Shown: one piece after another, positions 35,324 to 48,022 of the stretch
Numbering within the stretch: the first letter of the stretch is position 1
Layout: every line of letters begins with the position of its first letter
Source: Anthoceros angustus
Taxonomy: Eukaryota; Plantae; Anthocerotophyta
Direction: 5' to 3'
DNA length: 64,000 bases
Assembly (NCBI GenBank): GCA_010909165.1
Contig: MU008221.1
Location: forward strand, 1 to 64,000
Made by a program: the position numbers and the translations under genes
The notes under the pieces: generated by a model
Databases searched by the model: none
Told to the model about the DNA's origin: nothing
The model's input: the letters and a program-made list of their open reading frames with translations, nothing else

Positions 35324-37510
35324 TGTGGAACGCAAAAGTTTGGGCAACCAGCCCAAAAGAGCCCGAAGACGAACAAGTTTGATTTTTTTTGGCTAGGAAC
35401 GATTGAAGAAGAGCATGCCAAGAAATTTTCTGAGAATCTTGAAGCTAAAGTTGTAAAATATTGTTAGGAAGGCGAAGAGGATATCCCGGGGAGGAAAGCG
35501 GGTCAAACGACCCCAGACGAGGCGGGGAGGCGGTCAAGAAAGGTTGGTAGGTGTGAACACGTGGCTGCCACACCACAATGAGGTGAGAAAGGCGGAGACT
35601 ACGCGGTGGCGCGGACTCTGGTAGTAGCGAACTCGGCTAAAAATTAGAATAGGGGAATATCCACTATATATGCTCACCAATAGGGGAATAGATGAATAGG
35701 ATTAATTAGAAAGTAATTGATTCGGGATATGCATAGGGTAGGGAAATAGGAAAATAGGAATTTAGGAATGGAAACCCAATCTAGGGTTACGAGGCCTCTA
35801 GGTGGCGGACATCTAAAGAGGGCAAAGTCTCACTGGCTCCTCCTCCACTTGCGGCAGATGAAGTTGGGACGTAAGGAGAAGGAGAAAGTGAAGGAAGAGT
35901 GTAAAGCCGCCGCCATCAGTCGTCGTCGCTGCACAAGAAGAAGGCAGGAGTGAGAGAGAGTGGCGTGGTGGGCGGAAGAGGAAGACATCCGGCATCAGGC
36001 GTGGGAGTTTTTGAGCTCGGTGCAATCGTGAGGGCGTCAAGCGGGTCTGTGAGCGGAGTTTAAAGCCGGGAACCATAGGTCGGAGCATCGAAAGTGTGGG
36101 GACTGAGGAAGTCGAAAAAGCAGGAAGGAGCCCCCGATTGCTTCACCGGCGGCGCCCTGCCCTGGAAGTCGCGAGAGGAAATTGGTGGCAGCTGGAAGAT
36201 TCAAACCAGGGCTAACGTGTGCTGCAGGGAGGGCGTGCTACCACAACAAGGAAGAGGTGCGCTGAGGTGTGGAACTTTGAAGCTCTCCCGTTGGGAAGTG
36301 ATTTCCTCCTTTTGAAGCACTTGGAGAGGAGCCAAGCACCATGCCTCGAGCTGGGAAAGGCAAGGGAAAGGAGCCGCCTGCCAAGGGTTCTTCCTCGCGA
36401 GGGGGCAAGGAGAAGAAGCGGCGGCAGAGGCTGCGCCGCCAGGGGGAAATGAGCTTGTAATGCCCCAATTTACGTGTTTTGCGGGCAGCTCAACCCCGTG
36501 ATTTAGTGGATTCGGCGGCGTGGAGGAGGATAATATCCAATTGGGATGGGTGTATGGCGGCAATGGGCCTACACCAATTTGGGGATTGAGAGTGCTTCAA
36601 TCTCCATCAATCGAGGCAGCCCTTGCCGCATTAGAAAGGAATGCTCGGATCCTCATTGTTGGGCCGTAGGAGCATTCGCAGTGTATGGGAGGCCGGGAGG
36701 AAGAAAGCTCGGGTGCTCTCCTCGAAAGGTCGAATGGAGAAGAGAGGCCCTCTCGAAATTCCAAGAGCTCCTCGACATGATGGGACGGAGGTGAAGGCCC
36801 ATGCCAAGAATGGGTGGAAAGCGAGATAGCATCAAAGAGGCTGAAGTGAGGCTCTTTGATTGTCTTGGGGTTGGTAAATTACCAAAGGACTTCCTATTTC
36901 AGCACCAACTTCCTGCAATTTTGTGGAAGATTTTGAGAGGAGCCAAGCAGTTGCACCATCATGTATGAGGCCTACATCCACCAGGAGCTCCTCAAGCCAA
37001 ATTCGTGGATGAGGAAGGGCCAAGGCCACCGCTACCTTAGCACCTATTTGGTGCATTTGTGGAAACCGAGGGACTTCTCACAAGCAAGGAGTTGGAAGAT
37101 GCTTGGCATCCTTGGAATAATCCATCTCAGCCAAGCTTGGAAAGGCCCTTGCCTTTTGCATTGAGGAAGATAGTGGGAGGTCGACCTCCACAAGCATGCT
37201 AGGAGCAAGGCGGAGGATGTAGAGGCAACAAGGTTGGGGTGGAATCTTTTCCCCGGAGCAAGAAGAGGAGAGGAATAGGCCGAGGAAGGCCGAATGGTAG
37301 TCTATGAGAGGAGGACTACCACGGGAGGTGTGACCCCAAGGGTGGGGGAGTCCCCACCATCTCGCTTTGTGCCTAGCAGAGGCACCGCCTCACCCCGGGG
37401 AGGCACCACCCAAGAGGGTGGGAGACACCGTGGTAGGTGATCGCCGCCCCTACCACTTGAGGGGCGGACACGCAGTAGGGGAGCAGCCTACCGCGGCCTC
37501 ATGGCCCAGA
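35324..37510 (+). mobile_element. 5' half of a family-1 Gypsy LTR
   Basis: Starts TGTGGAACGCAAAAGTTTGGG; reverse-complement match to 20953-22900 and 3400-5347. Confidence 0.9.
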
Positions 37511-37511
37511 T

Positions 37512-38280
37512 CTAATAGTCTGTGCCATTAAATCTATCTTTGTCTCGAAACTCTATCTTCAAAGGCACTAGAGTTGCAGCTGCAGGTTGTTGGGCAGCCA
37601 TTGCAGGTGGATTGAGGATGGACTGAAAGGCGGATTGGAAATTTAATTGCCTAGCTCTCTCTAGAAGGTTGAAGGGAGAAAAATCCCAAGGTGATATGTA
37701 AAGCATCACGAAAGAAAGCAATGTCAAGGGACTGCCATCTACTCCACGTTTTGAGCTTGCATAAGGAGGTGAATCAAGCACTGATAGCAGTGGCATCCCA
37801 TCATTAGAGGTGCTAGAAGAGGAAGCTCGGAGCAAGGTAATTCTCACATAATGAGTGGAGGGATCGGATGCCTCGCAAAGTCTCTGAATAAGGAGGTCTC
37901 TCGATTTCACACGCCTCCCAGATTGCCGAGTTGCGGATGAGGTTTGTGGCTCCCTTGCGACGGATGGGCGCTCGCGCCTGCGCAGTTGAAGACGTCACCT
38001 GGTCACTCGCGAGTGTTGATCTCATGCGGATACAGATCGCGGCAGCGTGGTGCAGGAGGAGAGGTTGAACGAAAACGATTCCTCCTGACGGGGTTGCGTC
38101 CCTATGTACCGGGGCTGGAATTCGCCTGGCCGGTTGTGGAGCGCGCCTCTCTTCAGACCTGCAATTAGGGCAGAGCAAGGGAGATGAGTCCTCATGCGGT
38201 ATCGGATGCAAAGGGCCGAAGAGTTAGACAGCGGCGTGATTGAGGGAGAAAGACTGTGAGAAATGCTCAAGCAAGGTATG
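37512..38280 (-). mobile_element. Copia gag N-terminus and 5' leader (probably of Copia B)
   Basis: MAAQQPAAATLVPLKIEFRDKDRFNGTDY resembles the Copia A gag start (FREKDRFGGTDY). Confidence 0.75.
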
Positions 38281-39656
38281 GACAAATCAAAGCAGGGAGG
38301 ATAGGAGCAAGGAGGATCTCCACAGGGACATCATGAAGAAGAAGAGAAGAAGGAGAAGGATCGAGACTACCATGGTAGTAGTCGTGACCTAGTGATGCCC
38401 GGACTACCGCGGTAAGTGATCAATGGGGACCAGCCGGAAGCTGAAGGAAAGAAGCTGGCCTTGTGAGCCTTGATTCTTTGAAGGACGAGGAATCGAGCCG
38501 CCCAGAGATGGAAGGGGCATTGATTGCCCCACCCATCGAAGACGAGGAGGAAGGGGCAGAGCAGAAGGCGAGGGGCCAAACCACAAGAAACACGTCACCA
38601 ATTGAAGACTAGGAATGGTCAAGGACCATAAATGTTGAGCAGGAAAATAGGAAGGATAGGTAAGATAAGCCGACATCCTTTAAGGATTCTTAGGTGAAGT
38701 TACTAGAATAGAATTTACCAAGGACCAGACAGTAGACTTAGATGCCAGGTCTTAAATGCTGGCGGTAGGAAATGATAAAACATTGGAAAAGGTGACTGCG
38801 GTAAGGCACCAAGGAGCTTGTATGTGGAAGGCACCTATAAGAGGAGGAGGATTTCAAAGTAAAGTATCATGTCTTGCGCTTCCACTCCGAGTCCTTTGCT
38901 CTTGTAAAAATTTCGTGCCTTGTGTGAGCCAGCAGCTGCGGTAGGCGGAAGTCGCGGTGGTCAGTGCTTGGTGGAGGCTTGCTTCCTGGCGCTTCAGTTG
39001 CTCCCTTGTGAATGGTTCTTTGAAATTGCTTTGCTTTGGGTGTGGCAATGCCGAGGAACTCTCGGCTAGAGGTTGATCCAGGAAAGACTCCACGAGGTGC
39101 TCGGCAGAATAGTGTCAAACTCATACAACCGGCCCGGAAGAACTTCTTGGTGGAGGCCAACCAGGCGGATTGTGCCGTAAGGCGAGTTGGCCGATAAGCC
39201 AGGCGAGGTTAGACTAGGAAGGCGATGAGAAGGCAGAGTAGAGGATTAGGCGTGTAGGTGTTAGTGGAAGGCCATAGGCGAGCCTAAGGGGCAATCCCAA
39301 ATGCAAGTAAAGGCCCTCCACAGTGGAGAAGAGTGGTCTTAAGTAGGGACGAAAGTGCGGTGTGGATCGGGGGTCTGGGCGCCCATGATAGGCTCCTCGG
39401 CTGGCAGGCGGGACTGCAATTGTGTGTGTCGTTGTAGGTTGAGAATTGGCGATTTTTAGCGCGTGCGGGGCAGGCTCTAAGGGGGTGAGTGAGGCGCCTT
39501 GCTTGTTTAGAAAGGTGTGTCTGCGGTGGCGATCGGTTGTCACGACCTCGAATTTTCACACGAGTCTCATGGGGCCGAAACCCAGCGTCTGGCGACGGTG
39601 GGATAAGTGTGGCCGCTAGAGTGGGAGGATCTGGAAGCCCGGGGTTTCCTACCACA
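38280..39656 (+). mobile_element. 3' part of a family-1 Gypsy LTR
   Basis: Matches 1980-3196 and the reverse complement of 11647-13000; ends CTACCACA. TATA-like CCTATAAGAG at ~38835. Confidence 0.85.
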
Positions 39657-42600
39657 CACTGTGATATTTTAACTAAGGCTCTTCCTATTACTTTAAGCAC
39701 CTAGAGTCTCTAGGTCTTGGGAGTTTCATTCTAATTTAACGGTTTTCTTGGGCCTTTTGGGTGGTCATGTCATTTGTTGTTGTTGGACAAAGCAAGGCCG
39801 TGAAACAATGACGGGTTGCATCCCATACTTGATTTGGATGCAGTGCATGTGATGGCATGTGCATTGCCCATGGATGGCATGCACATGGTATGTATGCATG
39901 ACGGATGGATGACATGTGATGTATGTGGACATGTTGACGATGTGTCATGACACATGCAATCTATATACATGGTTATGTATGTAAGGCGGTGGCATGGCGC
40001 ATATATAGGCATGGACTATATTGAAAATACATAAAAATCGTAAATCAAGGAAAAGGCGAATAGATGGTTGAACTCATAAACATTATTATTTGAAGGCCAA
40101 GGAAAGTAGGATTATAAAATACCTAAAGTGCCTACCATCGAGAACGAGGAGGCACTTCATCGAGAACTCACGGGGTTTTGTTATATATGTGGGCACCACC
40201 ATGGATTCTTGGATTGTAGATGTTTGTCTCGAATGAAAGGCAGCCATACTTCCCGCTTGTCTCATTTCTCTTGTGACTTTTGGGAACCGCACTATCAAGT
40301 GGGAGCCTCAGGCAACCAACTTGATCTCACCACATCTACAATCCCATGTTGCTTGGAGAACTGAGACGGCTGCATTGGAGGACATTGTGGCGCACTGGAG
40401 ACCGGAGGAGGCGGAAATCGATCATCTTCCAGCCTGTGGAGCGACTATACCCATGGCGGAGCGAAGAACGGAGGCTCCACCGATAAGTGAATGACTTCGA
40501 TGGATAGGAATTCTACCATCGATTTCACGTACTTGTAGTCCGAATCGACCATTGCGAGTTGGCTAGGCTCACCGACAGTAGTCCCGCATATGTGTGGAGC
40601 CTCGATAGAAACAGACACTGCTTTTTCTTAGCTAGTTGGGCGCTTGGCGAGGATTGCCGCTTGACAACATTCCTCGATTGTCAAGCATAGGCGGATTGAT
40701 CGATGGTATTTTGAGGTCAGCCGAGTAACGAGGGACACCGCCCGCCCCTCGCTAGAAAGGGACAAGATCCACGGATCACCTTTCAAAAGGACGCCCGACC
40801 AAGACAGACAACACGCCCATCACGAGATCTCGCTTGAGACCGGAGCGAAGAGCCGATTCAAATGGAGCTGGAGAGTACGCCCAAGAAGAATGATGTTTTC
40901 ACCGGAAAACATGGGAGCATGTCATCATGGATTTTTGAAGAGAAGTTCACTGGGAATGGCGTAAAACAAGATGAAGTACAAGGATCAGTTCACCCAGAAT
41001 GGCACTCATGAAGATGTCGAATATCCGCGTGTGAGGCGTTGATGTACTGAGACGAAGAAGGACATCTTGGCATCGGCGGAGAAAACAATCTTGCAGCAGG
41101 AGTTGCCGCAAGCCACTCACTCCGGCCCAAGGAAGACGAGCTAGAGCATTTGGTTGATCTCATGTTTGAAAGATTGAAGGACATGTTTCCAACATCGTCC
41201 TTGGAGAAGATTCAGAGTCGATTGCTTTAGCTTCAAGTCCAATGAGACGCCCGCCATACATCGATCAAGATCTTGGTGGAGGACACGGATGTGAAGACCA
41301 TGCGGAGCTGAAATTTTCATGGCGCGATGCCGCCGATAAATAAGGAAGGTAATGGATGCTTCATGGTGCTCATGGAGAAAAGTATGGTTTGACCGACGCC
41401 TACAAGATTGGAGAAGGTGCTAAAAGGGGATGTACCAAGCATACCGAGGATCACAATTTGATCAGACTTCTTACGGCTCGACAAGGAGGATCCAGATTCC
41501 AAAGATAAGGGTCAAGAATACAGCGATTTGGTCAGTCACCCCAAACAATCACCGGTATGAGAGAGAAATAACAACGCAGTCGCGGCCATCAAATGTGGTG
41601 GTGCACATAAGTCATTTGAATGTGACTTCAGACTGAGGCCAAGGGCAAGGAGGTTTGCAAGGCTTGTGGTCGATGGGGCCACATAGAAGCCGCATGTTGG
41701 GAGGCTCATCCAGAGCTCAAGCCCAAGGTAATGGGCGTGAAAGGAGAAGGGCAAAGGCCCTAGTCGCAAGGCTCTTCTTGCAAGTTGAAGAGATGCGTAT
41801 GATGGCTAACATGGCCAGCAGGTCAGAGTCACGCATTCTCTTTTCTGACTCGGATGAAGAAGTGTATGGCATGGCGGCAATTCGCAAGAAGAAGAAGAAG
41901 GCCGCACTTGACCTCGGAGAAGGGGTTACTGCCAAGGACACGTCTGAACGAGAGCAAAGCAAAATGCCTGAAAGTTTTAGGCAAGTTGATGATGGTACTA
42001 TTGTGCAGGTTGCTTCTAACCCAGAGGTGGATGTAGAAGCACTGGAGAAGGCCATGGAGGTTCCCGTGGTCAATTTCGGAACTTGACTCAAGAGTTCACA
42101 TTTCAAGAAGATCATGAGGAATGGATCAGAAAGAGATAGTCAGAGCTTGATGTGCCCGCGAGGAGACCATCTAAAGCCCGAACGTTGAGGTAAAGGAGTT
42201 GCCATGATTGACAATAAACCGGAAATTACCTTTGACGGACGGTACCACAATCGGTGGACACCGGAGTGATCCAAGATTGTTGGGAGCTCGTGCAGCCGCC
42301 GCTATATGGCGCAAGCCGGTGCGATGTAAGCATCACTACTTCCGCAGGAACGAAGGAAATGGTGATGGGGATGACCAGAAACCGATCAAGATCGAGTTGA
42401 AGCCGTGCACGAGGATGCAACCACAATGGAGGTTCAAAGGTTTGGTGACCGTACCACGTCCCATGATGTTGTTAGGAGCGGATGCTACACATGGCCCGCC
42501 ATGGAGTTGATCCATCATGAAGAAGCCTTCTATCGATCACCGTGGAAGCAAGGGATTTCAATTGCAACTATTCCTGAACATGAGCAAAAGTGGCGTAGAA

Positions 42601-42692
42601 CGATAAGATCGTGTGAAGGAGGCCAGCAAGCGCGAGATGGTCAGAGATAGATGGCTTCCAAAGGCTCAAATTGAGCATGTGCACGAGATGTG

Positions 42693-43053
42693 NNNNNNNN
42701 NNNNNNNNNNNNNNNNNNNNNNNNNNNNNNNNNNNNNNNNNNNNNNNNNNNNNNNNNNNNNNNNNNNNNNNNNNNNNNNNNNNNNNNNNNNNNNNNNNNN
42801 NNNNNNNNNNNNNNNNNNNNNNNNNNNNNNNNNNNNNNNNNNNNNNNNNNNNNNNNNNNNNNNNNNNNNNNNNNNNNNNNNNNNNNNNNNNNNNNNNNNN
42901 NNNNNNNNNNNNNNNNNNNNNNNNNNNNNNNNNNNNNNNNNNNNNNNNNNNNNNNNNNNNNNNNNNNNNNNNNNNNNNNNNNNNNNNNNNNNNNNNNNNN
43001 NNNNNNNNNNNNNNNNNNNNNNNNNNNNNNNNNNNNNNNNNNNNNNNNNNNNN
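42693..43053. other. Assembly gap (361 N) with overlapping flanks
   Basis: 42290-42692 is repeated at 43054-43480 (protease region), so the true gap may be zero or negative. Confidence 0.9.
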
Positions 43054-43714
43054 CAGTGCTCTCAAGCTATATGGCGCAAGCTGGTACCAAGCGATGTAAG
43101 CATCACTACTCCGCAGGAACGAAGGAAATGGTGATGGGATGACCGAAACCGATCAAGATCGAGTTGAAGCTGCATGAGGATGCAACCACAATGGAGGTAC
43201 AGTGCTTGGTGACCTGTGCCACGTCCTATGATGTGTTGTTAGGAGCGGATGCTACACATGGCCCTGCCATGGGAGTTGATCCATTGTATGAAGAAGCCTT
43301 CTATCGACCGCTGTGGAAGCAAGGGGATTTCTCGCGAAGTGCAACTATTCCTTTGAACATGAGCAAAAGTGGCAGAAGGAACGATAAGACTGTGAAGGAG
43401 GCCAGCAAGCCGCGGCGAGATGGTCCAGACAGATGGCTTCCAGTGCTCAAATTGAGCACAGGCACGAGATGTGGGAGGAGACAGAGGAGTTGTCCTCTCA
43501 GGAAGCACCGAAACCCGCAGAGCGGAAGGGAGTGCTGAAGATTGCGCGCTCTGAGCACCTTGAGGAGGCAAGGGTTCGAGAAAATCAGCGCCGAAAGGAG
43601 AATCGCCCGTGGAATCTCACTGACACATGTCCAGAGAGATCCATATCAAACACGAAGCCCGCCAAGACGGAGGGAAGGCGAATCAATGATTCGGTAGTGC
43701 GATGGAGAGCAAGT

Positions 43715-44640
43715 TCTGAAGGAATTCACTTGTTGGAATTGTGCTCAGGAATCAGCAGCGGATTGAGGCGGTGCTTCAATGTGGCATCAAGGTTTGCAGC
43801 TACACCTGTGTGGAAAAGGACGAGAAGGCTAGAGTCGTGGCCAGAAATCGAATTCTCAGGTTGTGCAAATTATTTCCATCTCTGTTAAGAGAAGACGCAG
43901 TGAGAGGTTGTCAGAGCAGGCTGCCCACGGATCTGAAGCTTGTGGGAAGGAAACAGCTGCAAGCTCTGCCCCGTCCAGTGGATATGATCATCGCAGGATG
44001 GGAGTGTAAGACCTTCTCAGTGGCAGGAAGAGGGAAAGGCGAAGGTGTTTCCCTTGCTGCTGAGGTCGCGCGGGTTGTCAGGGAGGTTCAACTTGTGAAT
44101 CCCAGATGCTGGTACATACTGGAAAACGTGTGTGGAGCGTTGGACAAACGTCCGGCTGTCAGAACAATGTATGAGGAGGTCCGATCATGGTTCGGCAATG
44201 AGCTGGTTATTGATGCTGTGCAGTGTGGCTCTTACGCGCACAGGATTCGCAGTTATTGGACCAATGTTGCAGGACTTGAGACACTGAGGCAACACAGAAC
44301 ACTCATGGTTCCATCACGGAAGACCGTTAGTGAAATCCTGGAACCAGAAAGGTACTCGCAAAAGAAGTCAAGAAGATGGACAAACTTCCGCTTTATCCAA
44401 AGGAATGAGTTGGTGAAGCCGGAGGGCGTGGCCGACTTTGGTAAACGCCACAATCCCACGATTCAAAGCGAGGAGGAGATGGCATGATCCTAGACTCAAA
44501 GGGAGAGGAGCTAGGAGAGCTCAATGTTGAGGAACGCGAACAAGCCATGGGGTTTGCCAAGAAGAGTACGCAGACCATGGGTGTGAGTGAGGCCCAAACA
44601 CAAGTTGCCGGACAGCATTCGATCTATACAATTTTAAGGT
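43715..44640 (+). CDS. C5-cytosine DNA methyltransferase domain inside Gypsy pol (small frameshifts)
   Basis: Motif I LLELCSGISSG (43730-43760); motif IV-like DMIIAGWEC (Cys 44005-44007); motif VI YILENV (44122-44130); motif VIII AHRIRSYWTN; DNMT3-like tail EEREQAMGF. Confidence 0.88.
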
Positions 44641-44789
44641 GGTTAGTGAGTCGGATTGGCATTTCAGCCAAGGTGAGGTGAAGGAAGAAGAGCCATCACT
44701 CGCCATCAAGATGGAAAGCAGAGGAAAGGGAAGGAACCCAAGACATGTTTGCATGGTCATGGAAACAGAGTTTGTAACCAAGAGTGTCA

Positions 44790-47330
44790 CCAAGGAGGTT
44801 CACGTCTGAAGATTGATGAAGATGTCACCAGGACAAACAAAAGATCATCGACATGCTCGAGAAAACAGAGGTGCTTTTGCATTCAAATGAATGAGCTTGG
44901 GAGGTATGAAAAGATCAAGTTCAAGATTGTTACCACCAGCTCTGAGCCTATCTTCAGGAGAAGGCATAGGTTGAGTCCAGCAGAATGGGAGATTGTGGAC
45001 AAGCGTTGTCGAGCTATTTGAGCGATTGATTCGAAATCAAGCTCGAGTATGTCACGCAATCGCTCCCAATCAAGAAGGACGAAAATGGCGAGTGGAAAGA
45101 TAGGCGAATGTGTGGACTATCGACCTCTCAACGAGGTAACGTTGATGGAGCGGTATCCCATGCCTACTCCGGATGAGATTTTTGATGCAATTGGTAAGGC
45201 AAAGTACTTTACCACTTTGGATTTCCGCCGTTTCAATCGATTGTGATTGAGGAGCAAGACAAGAGCAAAACGGCTCGGGAAAGGATCAGCTTTGGGAATG
45301 GGAGACTATGCCCTTGGGCTGAAAAATGCTTCCATATATTTCCAGAATTGCAGACTTGAGCCGCAGGATCCGCTTGTGCGTTGTTACATTGACGACATCC
45401 TAGTTTTCAGCGACACCATCGAGGAACACATGGATCATCCGGAGACTCACCGCAAAAGATTGTCCAAATCAGCTTGAAAGCTCATCCGAAAAAGTGCAAA
45501 TTTGCATTCAAGCGGATTGAGTATCTTGGACATGAAATTGCGCTGTGGAGGAATCATGCCGAGCTTGGCTAAGGTGCAGTGATGCGTATGCCTAGGCCCA
45601 AGGATGTGGCAGCTCTTAGAGCATACTAGTGAGGTTTATGAAAGACCCGGCCCACATGCAAACCCTTGTATGTCAAGAAGGAGGTAACTTGGAAATGGGA
45701 TCAAGAATGAGCTAGCCTCGGCAAGATCTAAGGAGATCACCGGGTCGAGAAGCCCATGCCGATTAGACCGACTTTGAGAAGCCGCTGTTCAGATACGGAT
45801 TGGAGTATTGCGAGGATAGGAGCAAGATCGCTGCAGGCAGTATGGGATGGAGCGAGTTGTGGCTTATGCAAGCCGATCCAACAACTCGCAGAGGTAAACC
45901 TCATATGAAGGAGAGTGTCTTCAGCAGTGGGCGATTGCATTTCGTAATTTATCTATTTGAAGGCGCTCAGCAGGACGGATCATCAACCACTTCATTGGCT
46001 CATGACCAACATGAAGTTGAGTGGGAACCGTGGGCTGTCATTGTCGAATATGACATGGAAATCGTGCATAGGTGCAAGGTGCACCACAATGCATGGTTTG
46101 AGTAGGAATCTGAATGCCGACGATGCCACCGAGCACGACAAGACTTGGGACACATGGAAAATGTGCCCAGCGGTTTCATGGCACTCATGGCGATCGAAGG
46201 TGAGCAGGAGGAGAGCCGATCGACAGTCTGTGGACATCCGAGGCATTCACAAGCTGTACACAAAGAAGGTACTGCATCTAATGTCAAGAAATGAGCCGGC
46301 CAAATTATGAAAAGTGGCCGACATGGTGATGGAGAGTCACAGAAGGAGAGGTTGTAAAGAAGGTGCCAAGTCCTCAAGAAGGACAGGATTGTGATTAAAG
46401 TGCATGAAACACTAGGTCACTTTGGTGTAAAAGGACACACCACATGTTGAAGACCACATATTTCGGTCCGCATGTATGCGATGTGGAAAGAGTGGTGGCT
46501 AGCGCAGTGATGCAAGGAAGGTTTAACACACAAGATGTTGTGTTACACTCTTTACCAATCCGGGTTTGTTTTTAGGTGGTCGGTGGACTTGATGCCGAAC
46601 TACCATTGACAAAACAATCACATCGGTGATGATTGAGCACCAAGTGGGTGGAGGTAGCATTTACGCCTCAAAGACCTCATATTACACCAGAGCCTTTTTG
46701 CAGCAGGTGTGAAGTAGATTGGCGAGGTGCTCACCGATCAAGGCAATGAATAGGGAGAATTCGCCGGATGTAAGTTTGATTGATCATAGGAGGACGTCTA
46801 GGGATCATCCTCAAGCTGATGGTTTGGCGTAGGTTGGTTCAGACATTCAAGGATGCCCTCAGGAAGTACTGCATCACTGTGGAACCCAAGTGCTGGGATG
46901 AACTACTTCCCTATATTGTGTTGGGTTATAGAGGCAGGATTGGGAAGTTTCACCTATCGTTGTTCTAAGGAATGCGTTTGCCCAATGTGGTGCAAGACAA
47001 ATATTCCACCGAGACCGGAGTAGGAATATGGAGGCATGAAGTGCAAGCTAGAGCGTAAATGTTCAAGGATTACGCCCATGGCCATGGACAATCATTGCAC
47101 AAAGACAGAGACCGCTTGAGATATGCTCACACGCTGGGGCTCATGGAAGCCCAAGGCCGGAAATTCGCACGAGATTATGTTTACTACAACATGCATCACA
47201 AAGCACATTAGATGTCAAGACCGATTCTCGTGGTGGTAAATGTGGGTGAGCAAGGAGTAGTGGAACTCAAGGACGGATGGCGAAGATGCAAGGAGCACAT
47301 GAAACATTTAGCTCCATGTCACTTGCCAAA
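44790..47330 (+). pseudogene. RT, RNase H and integrase of the DNMT-Gypsy (heavily frameshifted)
   Basis: EPIFRRRHRLSPAEWEIVDKR; VDYRPLNEVT..RYPMP; YIDD; TDHQPLHWLMT; KDALRKYC..WDELLPYIVLGYR. Confidence 0.9.
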
Positions 47331-47369
47331 TCTTGATGCAAGAATTGTTCCCCAAACGTGGGTACCACT

Positions 47370-47495
47370 CATGACTTGCCTGTGAGGCACACCACGGATG
47401 AAGAGCTTATGCTCTATGTGACAGTGCAACAGAGGCTATCATATTTTCCGCCTCACATTAAAGGATATTCCGTAAGGGAACCGTGTGAACACTGT
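47370..47495 (+). pseudogene. PHD finger downstream of integrase (degenerate)
   Basis: Joined frames give CE.....DEELML.CD.CNRGYHIF.L....KDIP.G...CEHC, a C4HC3 spacing. Confidence 0.7.
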
Positions 47496-48022
47496 GATTC
47501 AACAAGTTTGCATGCAGCCATGGCTCTATCTACCGAGAGTAATGAAGAAGAAGTACGTTCTGTACCTGAACAGAGTTGGAGAGTAACACTCCAGCACAAC
47601 TCGTGTTGGAATGGGTACAAGAGGACGAGAGCAGGAATGATAGGCGTAAGTTGCAAAAGAGGAAAGTTCGTGCGGAGCGTATCTTGACAATAGAATTCCT
47701 TGTTGCCAAGGCTAGAAGCGCCAACAAGGCAGCTCGTGAGGGTGCTGCTATTCTTGAAGAGTGCTCTTCTCAGGAATCACTCACCGCCAGCTTGTCCGGG
47801 CCTCCTCGAGGAATTTAGTGACGCCAAGACCAAGAAGGTGGAAGAAAGCACGACGCCGTAAATTCCTGCCGCACCGGAGGAGTCTTCCTCACAAATACAA
47901 CAGAGCAAGTGCTCGCTTTCATGCATGCAAAAGAGTTGGGTTAAGTTGGATGGATCGAGTCACGAACCATATGCGGAAGTGGAGGCAGACCACACAAGCC
48001 CTAGCACCAATTAGCAAAGAAG

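Noticed and set aside
42568-43142. ORFs spanning the N run, and apparent duplication of the protease region
   Set aside because: Artefacts of the scaffold gap; the two flanks overlap.
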